Shown: piece by piece, positions 1-7,319 of the stretch | How the letters are laid out: every line of letters starts with the position of its first letter | Numbering within the stretch: the stretch's first letter is position 1 | The notes under the pieces: generated by a model | The model's database searches: none | Told to the model about the DNA's origin: nothing | Seen by the model: only the letters and a program-made list of their open reading frames with translations | DNA from: a bacterium | GTDB taxonomy: Bacteria; Fidelibacterota; Marinisomatia; Marinisomatales; JAHJCW01 | Reading direction: 5' to 3' | Assembly (NCBI GenBank): GCA_018812885.1 | Contig: JAHJCW010000097.1 | Location: 1 to 25,291 of the forward strand | Length of the DNA stretch: 25,291 bases | Made by a program: the position numbers and the translations under genes

Positions 1-1
1 A

Positions 2-1411
2 ACAGGAACAATAACCTTTGACTATATTTTATCCCATAACCAAAAATTACTAGAGCATAGCGATCGCGATTACGGTGTGGCTTTTGAATTGCTACTAATC
101 ATAATTGAAAAATTGTTAAAATTAAGTGATTTTCGTGATATTTATTTAATGAGGCATTTAGTAACACACTTATTTTTTCTATTAGGTGCTTTTTTTTGTT
201 ATAAGTTAGTTGATTTTTTATATAAAAATAAACGAATGGCTACAATTGGTTTTTTATTTATTGTACTCCACCCGGTCATTTGTACTAATTCTTTTTTCAA
301 TAGTAAAGATATCCCGTTCATGGCGATGTTTCAAATTTGTCTGTATATCGTCGCGGTGACATTCAGAAAAAAAACCGTAATAAATTTTATCATATTAGGA
401 ATTAGTGTTGGTCTCTTGATAAATATTAGGTTAATGGGCGTGTTACTGCCCTTTTGCATAGGTCTGTTTTTGATTATTGATGCTTATAAAGAAAAAAAGT
501 ACCTGCATAATTTTAAATTAGCATCAATTTTTGCGATTGCTACTTCTATGACATTATATATTAGCTGGCCTTATCTTTGGACTGCACCGATTAAAAATTT
601 TGTGTTAGCTTTTAAAAATATGGCCAATTATCATTGGGGTGGCGTTGTATTATTTAATGGTCATTTTATTAAGGCCACTGAAGTTAGCTGGGATTATATA
701 CCTGAATGGTTTTTACTAACAACTCCAGTATTTTTCCTAATAATAGGATTACTTTGTACAATCCTTTTAATATTTCATTTTTATAAGAAACCTTCTGCCT
801 TTATTTTTAATTCCAAGGATAGAAATAATCTGTTATTTTTAATTTGCTTCTTTTCTCCGCTAATAGTTGTCATACTCATACACTCAACATTGTATGATGG
901 CTGGCGACATATGTTTTTTATTTACCCTTCTTTTGTTTTAATTAGCGCGTATGGATTAAATTTTTTATGGGGGAAAAATAAAAAAACCATGATTGTAGTC
1001 TATTCTTCTATATCCATTATTTTAATGGGGGCTTATATAATTAAAGCATTTCCTTTAGAACATACATATTTCAATCCTTTTGTTACTTTAACTACGCCAG
1101 AATATATTAGAAAAAACTTTGATTTGGATTATTGGGGTCTATCATATAAGCAATCTTTAGAGTATATTTTAAAAAATGATGACTCGCCGTCTATCAATAT
1201 ATGTGTTGCAAATTTCCCCGGAGAGCTCAATGTACAATTTTTACCTCCTCGTGATAGAACAAGAATAAATATAGTCCCAATGGATCAAGCGACTTATTTC
1301 ATCACAAATTATAGATGGCATCCTCAGGATTATGAAGATATTGAGAAATCTGAATTTTATTCTATACATATAGAACATAATACTATAAGTAAAATTTATA
1401 AGCTTAAATAA
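2..1411 (+). CDS. Membrane glycosyltransferase, GT-C fold (family 39 / ArnT-PMT-like), 5'-truncated by the window edge
   Basis: The frame of ORF 77..1411 is open from base 2 (TGTITFDYILSHNQKLLEHSDRDYGVAFE...), so the GTG at 77 is probably internal. Many hydrophobic segments, an NSKDIPF motif and a soluble C-terminal domain (LDYWGLSYKQ) resemble GT39-like proteins. Confidence 0.65.
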   Translation, partial: TGTITFDYILSHNQKLLEHSDRDYGVAFELLLIIIEKLLKLSDFRDIYLMRHLVTHLFFLLGAFFCYKLVDFLYKNKRMATIGFLFIVLHPVICTNSFFNSKDIPFMAMFQICLYIVAVTFRKKTVINFIILGISVGLLINIRLMGVLLPFCIGLFLIIDAYKEKKYLHNFKLASIFAIATSMTLYISWPYLWTAPIKNFVLAFKNMANYHWGGVVLFNGHFIKATEVSWDYIPEWFLLTTPVFFLIIGLLCTILLIFHFYKKPSAFIFNSKDRNNLLFLICFFSPLIVVILIHSTLYDGWRHMFFIYPSFVLISAYGLNFLWGKNKKTMIVVYSSISIILMGAYIIKAFPLEHTYFNPFVTLTTPEYIRKNFDLDYWGLSYKQSLEYILKNDDSPSINICVANFPGELNVQFLPPRDRTRINIVPMDQATYFITNYRWHPQDYEDIEKSEFYSIHIEHNTISKIYKLK

Positions 1412-1531
1412 TATTTAAGAATACAGCATAAATTACAGAGACAAAGCACATTAAAAATGGGGTCAAGCAAATCTAACATAGAAAGCGTAATTAAGACAAA
1501 AACAACGGTAAAACCGATTGGAACATTATAG

Positions 1532-1882
1532 ATGAATAAAAGATTCATCCCAATTGCTTCAGATTTTTTGAAGCTGCATGAACAGCACAAGTTAATTGAT
1601 TGTTATCGTTCTATAATTGAAAAACATGGATTAGTGCAATCATCCAAACCGATGCAGAATAGTGAGAATTATTTTTTTATACTGACCGGTGGTACAGAGA
1701 ATAAATTCATCGAATTAGTTAAAGATGTTAAGAATTCCGATAAAATTAAAATTATAGCAATTGGAATAAACAACTCCCTCCCCGCCGCACTTGAGATACT
1801 TGCGTATGTAAATCAGGAGGGAAAAGAGGGTAAAATTTATTATCTGAAAAATATAAATGATTATAATGGGTTATCCGACTGA
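1532..1882 (+). CDS. N-terminal fragment of an L-fucose/L-arabinose isomerase-like protein
   Basis: Contains FILTGGTE and NNSLPAALEILAY, which match the N-terminal part of the FucI/AraA-like family as I recall it. Ends at TGA 1880-1882. Confidence 0.6.
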   Translation: MNKRFIPIASDFLKLHEQHKLIDCYRSIIEKHGLVQSSKPMQNSENYFFILTGGTENKFIELVKDVKNSDKIKIIAIGINNSLPAALEILAYVNQEGKEGKIYYLKNINDYNGLSD

Positions 1883-2702
1883 ACGAGTAGGAATTATTGG
1901 GAAACCATCCGATTGGCTGATAGCGAGTGTTCCAGCTGATGATGTATTAAATAAATTAGATGGTTTTGAGTTTATAAATATTCCGATTCAAGATCTATAC
2001 AGAATTTATGATGAAGTTCTGCCAAAGGCAGATGGCAAACTATTAGAATCCTTTCCTATTTCAAATGATAATATCGATCAAAATGAGTTCAAAAAAGCCG
2101 AAGCATTTTACTTGGCACTAAAGCAACTTGTCGATGAAAAAAATCTAACTGCATTTACGATACGATGTTTTGACCTATTACTGGAATACCAAACAACGGG
2201 ATGTTTTGCGTTAGCAAAATTAAACAATGAAGGCATTATTGCCGGTTGTGAAGGCGATATTGTCAGTCTCATCGGGATGATTATTGCCGTGCGGCAAACA
2301 GGACAGCAAGTTTGGATGGCAAATCCCTCACAAATTGATATTGAAAATCAGCAGTTAATATTAGCGCATTGTACCTTGCCCACTTGTATGGCTGAGAATG
2401 TTAAACTGGACACTCATTTTGAATCCAACCAAGGAATTGGATTAAGTGGCAAACTTAAAGAAGAAGATGTCACGCTCTTTAGATTAGGGGGAAAGGAGCT
2501 AGATAAAAAGTTTGTAATCACCGGCAAAATCATTCCGCACGAACATAATCCTAATTTGTGCAGAACTCAGATCAGAGTTAAAGTTGATGATAGTGAAAAA
2601 TTAAATCAATTGTTAACCAATCCACTTGGAAATCATTTACTTGTTTTATTTGGAAAACATACTGATATTCTAGCTGAATATATAAAAAATAAAAGGATTT
2701 AG
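1857..2702 (+). CDS. C-terminal (catalytic) fragment of an L-fucose/L-arabinose isomerase-like protein
   Basis: Motifs RVGIIGKPSDWLIAS, RCFDLL, TTGCFALAKLNNEGIIAGCEGD, ANPS, LAHCT, CRTQ and NPLGNH. The putative metal ligands Glu (CEGD), His (AHC) and His (GNH) are present. Confidence 0.7.
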   Translation: MIIMGYPTERVGIIGKPSDWLIASVPADDVLNKLDGFEFINIPIQDLYRIYDEVLPKADGKLLESFPISNDNIDQNEFKKAEAFYLALKQLVDEKNLTAFTIRCFDLLLEYQTTGCFALAKLNNEGIIAGCEGDIVSLIGMIIAVRQTGQQVWMANPSQIDIENQQLILAHCTLPTCMAENVKLDTHFESNQGIGLSGKLKEEDVTLFRLGGKELDKKFVITGKIIPHEHNPNLCRTQIRVKVDDSEKLNQLLTNPLGNHLLVLFGKHTDILAEYIKNKRI

Positions 2703-2704
2703 AA

Positions 2705-3466
2705 TTGTTTACAGATGCAATAGTACGAACACCGTGTAAAAATATAATAAATGGCATAACAACTTCAAATGAAGGTGAACCGGATTATATAAAAGCAATA
2801 AATCAGCACAAACTTTATATCAACGCATTAAAATTTTGCGGTTTAGAAGTTACTGTTCTTCCTGAAAAGGATAATTACCCGGATTCGACTTTTGTGGAAG
2901 ATGTTGCCCTATTAACTCCAAATTGTGCGATTATCACCAATCCCGGCGCTCCCTCAAGACAAAAGGAAACCAATTCTATTAAAATGGTAATTGTAGACTT
3001 TTACGACACTATCAAAGTGATAAAGTCGCCTGGAACAGTTGATGCCGGTGACATAATGATGGTTGGATCACATTATTATATAGGTTTATCTAAAAGGACA
3101 AACTCTGCTGGAGCAAATCAAATCATTAAAATTCTAAATAAATATGATATGACCGGCTCAACTGTACCGTTGAGCAATATGATACATTTAAAATCAGGTG
3201 TAGCTTATTTAGAGAATAATAATTTAGTTGTAACCGGTGAGTTCATAAATAAACCGGAATTTAAAAAATTCAATCTTATCAAAATTGATGATGATGAAAG
3301 TTATGCGGCTAACTGCGTTTGGATAAACGATTATGTATTAGTTGCCAAAGGATATCCTAAAGCAAAGAAATCAATTGAACAAGCGGGATATAAAACTATT
3401 GAATTGGGTATGTCGGAATTCAGAAAGTTAGATGGTGGAATAAGCTGCCTATCATTAAGATTTTGA
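2705..3466 (+). CDS. ddaH: N(G),N(G)-dimethylarginine dimethylaminohydrolase (amidinotransferase superfamily)
   Basis: YPDSTFVED, PGAPSR, VDAGD (acidic triad residue), HLKS (catalytic His) and GGISCLSLRF (catalytic Cys). TTG start with AAGGA (2693-2697) 7 nt upstream. Confidence 0.85.
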   Translation: MFTDAIVRTPCKNIINGITTSNEGEPDYIKAINQHKLYINALKFCGLEVTVLPEKDNYPDSTFVEDVALLTPNCAIITNPGAPSRQKETNSIKMVIVDFYDTIKVIKSPGTVDAGDIMMVGSHYYIGLSKRTNSAGANQIIKILNKYDMTGSTVPLSNMIHLKSGVAYLENNNLVVTGEFINKPEFKKFNLIKIDDDESYAANCVWINDYVLVAKGYPKAKKSIEQAGYKTIELGMSEFRKLDGGISCLSLRF

Positions 3467-4627
3467 TTTACCGATTGCTTTAATAAAAGGTACAACCAAA
3501 ACTAATCCGGGAATAAAGAATAATGCCATTGCCGGGAACACGAAATTAATTCCGTAATTTTCAGCTATTAAACCGCCGATACCGGCGGCAAAAGAACCAA
3601 CTCCAAAACTTAAGAAAAAGCTGATCCCGTAACTCAATCCACGATGCTTACTGTGCGATATTTGTGCAATTAAAGAATTCCCAACCGGCTGCCAAATAAA
3701 ATGTGTAACTCCCAATAATATGCCAAAGATAACAAGTGGAATTCCGGTTGTGTAACCCATCAATGCCAATAATGGAATATTTAATAGAATGACCCATAAT
3801 AATATTTTAGGTCTGCAATATTTATCGCCCAATACTCCACCTACCATCTGACCAATTATTCCCGATAAAAGTACTATTGTTGTGAATAATCCCCCTCTAA
3901 TTGTGTCGGATAATGGTGCAAAAATATTACGTGTTTCCAATGCAAAATGTGCCGGCATGAAGGTTGTAAATCCGGCAAATGCTAACCCGACCATTATGAT
4001 CATTCCATAATATAATAATAGCGCAGGGCGATTGGTTGCTTCGGGCTGAATATGGTCAGCGGTTTCGGGTTCCCGCTTCCGCGATGGGATAAATATCATT
4101 GTGCTTAAAAACAACAATAACATAATAATTCCCAATACTAAATATGGCAATCTCCATCCACTAAGAACTGTGAGAGTTGCACCAATTATTGGTCCTAACG
4201 CTAAACCTATAGAGCCCATAATGCCATGAAAAGCCATACCTTTGCTAATCGCTTTAACGCGACGTGAAATTATAGTAAGTCCGGCGGGATGGTAAATACT
4301 GCTGAATAAACCTAGGGACATCAGACCGCCGGTCAATGTCCACAATGTTTGCGATAAAATAATAATAATTATTGAAGCTACTACACCAAGTTGATAAATT
4401 AATAGTAACGTTCTGCCACCTAATCTTTTCTCCAAGATTCCGGCCGGTAAAGCACCGAGACCAAACATGAATTGACTCGCAGTTGCGATCACTCCAAGAG
4501 TTGCTAAACCAACATCAAATTGCTTCTGTAATACTAAAAGAATGGCAGGTAGGACAAGCATCACGGAGTGAACCAACAAATGGCTAAATCCGGTGATAGT
4601 AAGAATTGTTTTTTCGTTATTATTCAT
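3455..4627 (-). CDS. MFS transporter (MFS_1, Fsr-like), substrate unknown
   Basis: 390 aa with about 12 hydrophobic segments in two halves. Motif-A-like GILEKRLGGR and GVLGDKYCR, plus YHPAG in TM4. Confidence 0.85.
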   Translation of the reverse strand: MNNNEKTILTITGFSHLLVHSVMLVLPAILLVLQKQFDVGLATLGVIATASQFMFGLGALPAGILEKRLGGRTLLLIYQLGVVASIIIIILSQTLWTLTGGLMSLGLFSSIYHPAGLTIISRRVKAISKGMAFHGIMGSIGLALGPIIGATLTVLSGWRLPYLVLGIIMLLLFLSTMIFIPSRKREPETADHIQPEATNRPALLLYYGMIIMVGLAFAGFTTFMPAHFALETRNIFAPLSDTIRGGLFTTIVLLSGIIGQMVGGVLGDKYCRPKILLWVILLNIPLLALMGYTTGIPLVIFGILLGVTHFIWQPVGNSLIAQISHSKHRGLSYGISFFLSFGVGSFAAGIGGLIAENYGINFVFPAMALFFIPGLVLVVPFIKAIGKSKS

Positions 4628-4631
4628 TTAT

Positions 4632-4662
4632 AAATAAAAAAGCCCTCAATCAATAGAGAGCT
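4632..4662 (-). terminator. Intrinsic terminator of the ffh-rplS operon
   Basis: The minus-strand RNA reads AGCUCUC-(8-nt loop)-GAGGGCU followed by UUUUUAUUU. The single mismatch is a G:U pair only on the minus strand. It lies 20 nt after the rplS stop. Confidence 0.8.
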
Positions 4663-4682
4663 TTTAACCAAAGATTAAATCT

Positions 4683-5024
4683 CTACCGCTTTTCCGTTAT
4701 CCTTGCTGCTTTACCTGTCAAACTCCGCAAATAATGAAGTTTTGCACGTCGCACTTTTCCTCGCCGGATTACTTTTATTGAAGCGATCATCGGTGAATGA
4801 AGCGGAAATATCCTTTCAACACCAACCCCGCTAGATATTTTCCGTACAGTAATAGTTTCTTCAATACCACCATGTTTACGAGCTATCACAACACCCTGAA
4901 AACGCTGTACACGTTCCTTGTCGCCCTCCACAACTCGTATATCCATAGAAATTGTATCACCCGGACTGAAATCAGGGATATCATTTTTCAATAAATCTTT
5001 TGTTACTTCATGTAATTTGTTCAT
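4683..5024 (-). CDS. rplS: 50S ribosomal protein L19
   Basis: PDFSPGDT...[17 protein letters not shown]...[20 protein letters not shown]...[12 protein letters not shown]. Confidence 0.98.
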   Translation of the reverse strand: MNKLHEVTKDLLKNDIPDFSPGDTISMDIRVVEGDKERVQRFQGVVIARKHGGIEETITVRKISSGVGVERIFPLHSPMIASIKVIRRGKVRRAKLHYLRSLTGKAARITEKR

Positions 5025-5743
5025 TCTTTCTTCTCCGTAAGATCACTTTTCTCTAAATATTTTTTCCATATATCAGGGCGCTTAACTTTTGTACGTTTCT
5101 CTCTCTGAGATTTACGCCACTCATCAATTTTTTTGTGATGTCCTTCAAACAAGACATCCGGTACTTTCATACCTTCAATTTCACGCGGTCTCGTATAATA
5201 TGGTGCATCCAATAAATCTGATGCAAACGTATCACTCATAGCAGAATCATATTTATTCAACACACCGGGAATCAATCTAACAACACTGTCAATGATCATC
5301 ATTGTCGGAAGTTCTCCGGCCGTAACAACAAAATCACCAATCGAATATTCATGAGTTACGTATTTCTTAACGACCCTTTCATCAATTCCTTTATAATGCC
5401 CGCAAATAAAAATTAACTTGTCAACTTGACTATTTTCCATAGCCAACTCATGTGTCCATTGAACACCTTGCGGTGATGGATATACTACCCTCACATTATC
5501 AGAATCCAATTGTTTTAAGCTATAATCAATTGCTTTAAACAATGGTTCTGCCATCATTACCATTCCGTCGCCACCACCAAACGGTTCATCATCAACTTGC
5601 CGATAATTTCCTAGAGTGAAATCTCGCAGGTTCACAACCTTAAACTCCACAATATTCCGCTCAACAGCCTGCCTAAGCATGCTGTTTGCGATTAGACTAT
5701 CAATTGTATCAGGTACCGGAGTAATAATTACGATCTGCTTCAA
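5021..5743 (-). CDS. trmD: tRNA (guanine-N1)-methyltransferase TrmD
   Basis: [49 protein letters not shown] and YTRP. TTG start overlapping the rimM stop. Confidence 0.97.
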   Translation of the reverse strand: MKQIVIITPVPDTIDSLIANSMLRQAVERNIVEFKVVNLRDFTLGNYRQVDDEPFGGGDGMVMMAEPLFKAIDYSLKQLDSDNVRVVYPSPQGVQWTHELAMENSQVDKLIFICGHYKGIDERVVKKYVTHEYSIGDFVVTAGELPTMMIIDSVVRLIPGVLNKYDSAMSDTFASDLLDAPYYTRPREIEGMKVPDVLFEGHHKKIDEWRKSQREKRTKVKRPDIWKKYLEKSDLTEKKE

Positions 5744-6240
5744 CCCAGCAGACCGTCCATCGGATTAATTTCTATTGCTCTCTCATCATGGTAAATTGAT
5801 TTTACGACTTCAGGAATCACCGGTATCAAAATCTCACGGTCATTATTACGAATTACGTAAATATCATTTACTGGAAGCCACAATATTTCAATCAATTCAC
5901 CAACAATATCACCAATATCAGTCACAACTGTATAGCCAATTAAATCACCGGAAACTTGATTGATTTCATCATCAATCGTCACAGAAGCATATACATATTT
6001 TCCATTGATTGCTTCCGCCTCGCTACGTGAATCAATTCCTTTGAACATGCAGCGGACTTGTTTGCCATCCTTAGCTTTTTCTAATAGCTCAATCTTAGTA
6101 CTCGCCGATTCGGAGTCACCTAAAAATATCGGTTTTTCCGATATATAATCTTCACAATATCTAGACAAGGGCGCTAACCGTACACCACCTTTCATACCGA
6201 ATGGTTTTGAAATTCTTGCAATGGCAAACTTCTTTTCCAT
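5740..6240 (-). CDS. rimM: 16S rRNA processing protein RimM
   Basis: IARISKPFGMKGGV N-terminus, a PRC-barrel C-terminus (DIYVIR...EILIPVI) and canonical position between khpA and trmD. Confidence 0.93.
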   Translation of the reverse strand: MEKKFAIARISKPFGMKGGVRLAPLSRYCEDYISEKPIFLGDSESASTKIELLEKAKDGKQVRCMFKGIDSRSEAEAINGKYVYASVTIDDEINQVSGDLIGYTVVTDIGDIVGELIEILWLPVNDIYVIRNNDREILIPVIPEVVKSIYHDERAIEINPMDGLLG

Positions 6241-6245
6241 ATTAC

Positions 6246-6497
6246 TTAATCTTTCTTCTCGTTTTTATCGATAACATCTAAACGGGCGCGTTTTCCACCA
6301 TTTTTTGCATTAATTGCAAATAAAAGTGAGCGCAGGGCAGAAATGTTTCTACCTTTTTTCCCGATTACTTTTCCAAAATCACCTTCACCAACAGTTAATT
6401 CAAATATTATTTGTTGTTCACCTTCTACAGCGTTAACATTTACTTCATCCGGTTTATCAACTAACTGTTTTACTACCATTTCTATGAATTCCTGCAT
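6246..6497 (-). CDS. khpA: KH-domain RNA-binding protein KhpA (YlqC-like)
   Basis: VKQLVDKPDEV and GDFGKVIGKKGRNI (GxxG loop). Shine-Dalgarno AGGAGGT at 6502-6508. Canonical position after rpsP. Confidence 0.92.
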   Translation of the reverse strand: MQEFIEMVVKQLVDKPDEVNVNAVEGEQQIIFELTVGEGDFGKVIGKKGRNISALRSLLFAINAKNGGKRARLDVIDKNEKKD

Positions 6498-6519
6498 TAC
6501 TACCTCCTATCGGTATCGA

Positions 6520-7308
6520 TTATTTGTCGTCTTTAGCTTCGTCTTTTAACTCAGCACCTTTTGCACTCGGTTTTTCTTCAGACTTTTTCTTTGGAGTGCT
6601 TTTTTTAGTTGTCGTTACTTCTTTTGTTTCTTCAGCTTCTTTTTCGATTTCTGTTGATTTATCTTCAACAACTTCTGTTTTTTCGGTCTCTTCTACTCCG
6701 GTTTCTTCCGTCTTTAGCTCAGCTTCTTCTTTTATCGACTCAGTTTTTTCCTTAGTTTTTTCTACCGTTGATTCTTCCTGCTCTTTTTTATCTTCAACTT
6801 TTTCTTCCGTTTCATTTGTTTCAGCTTTTTCTTCGACCTGTTCCTCTGTTTTTTCTGCTCCTACTTGCTTTTCAGTTGAAGTCTCACTAACAGCTTCCTT
6901 TACTTCATCTTTCTTCTCGGATTCTTTAGCTTTCTTTTTTGTTGCTTTTTCAACAGCATTTAACTCTTCCTTAGCCTGAGCTTCTTTTCTCAGAGCAAAT
7001 TTTTGTATTTCTTTTTCGATTGCTTTTTCATCCAAACCTTGTTTCATTAAATGCCATTTAAAAGAAATACCAGCTCTTTTCATTAAATTATGAGTGATGT
7101 CAGATGGTTGTGCACCGAGTTGCAACCAGTGTAAAATACGTTCTTCATTAATTTCAAAATTGTTTGTTTTATCTATCGCAATTGGATTATACCATCCCAA
7201 TTCTTCAATTGCTGCACCATCTCGTCGTTGACGTGAATCTATCACTACAACTCTATAAAACGGTCTATTTTTCCTTCCGATTCTCTTCAGTCTTATTCGT
7301 GTTGCCAA
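6520..7308 (-). CDS. rpsP: 30S ribosomal protein S16 with a long Glu/Lys-rich C-terminal extension
   Basis: The N-terminus MATRIRLKRIGRKNRPFYRVVVIDSR...GWYNP...WLQLGAQPS is the S16 core. TTG start with AGGAG (7316-7320) upstream. 262 aa in total. Confidence 0.96.
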   Translation of the reverse strand: MATRIRLKRIGRKNRPFYRVVVIDSRQRRDGAAIEELGWYNPIAIDKTNNFEINEERILHWLQLGAQPSDITHNLMKRAGISFKWHLMKQGLDEKAIEKEIQKFALRKEAQAKEELNAVEKATKKKAKESEKKDEVKEAVSETSTEKQVGAEKTEEQVEEKAETNETEEKVEDKKEQEESTVEKTKEKTESIKEEAELKTEETGVEETEKTEVVEDKSTEIEKEAEETKEVTTTKKSTPKKKSEEKPSAKGAELKDEAKDDK

Positions 7309-7319
7309 AAGTAATCTCC

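Larger units (their letters stand above)
1532..2702 (+). pseudogene. Single isomerase-like gene interrupted by a +1 frame change near 1860-1885 (pseudogene, assembly error or natural split)
   Basis: Two ORFs overlap by 26 nt in different frames and encode consecutive parts of one family. Confidence 0.55.

Noticed and set aside
77-79. GTG as the start of the first CDS
   Set aside because: The frame is open from base 2 with family-like sequence (DRDYGVAFE), so the real start is upstream of the window.
1396-1590. 64-aa Cys-rich hydrophobic minus-strand ORF across the intergenic gap
   Set aside because: It overlaps both flanking genes, has no recognisable motif or RBS, and hydrophobicity is expected from the complement of A-rich DNA.
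1860-1885. Programmed +1 ribosomal frameshift (prfB-like) in the isomerase gene
   Set aside because: There is no CTT-TGA or other slippery codon and no upstream internal SD, and the apparently shortened linker favours a lesion or split.
6524-6979. 151-aa Ser/Phe-rich plus-strand ORF
   Set aside because: It is the antisense shadow of the GAA/AAA-rich S16 tail.
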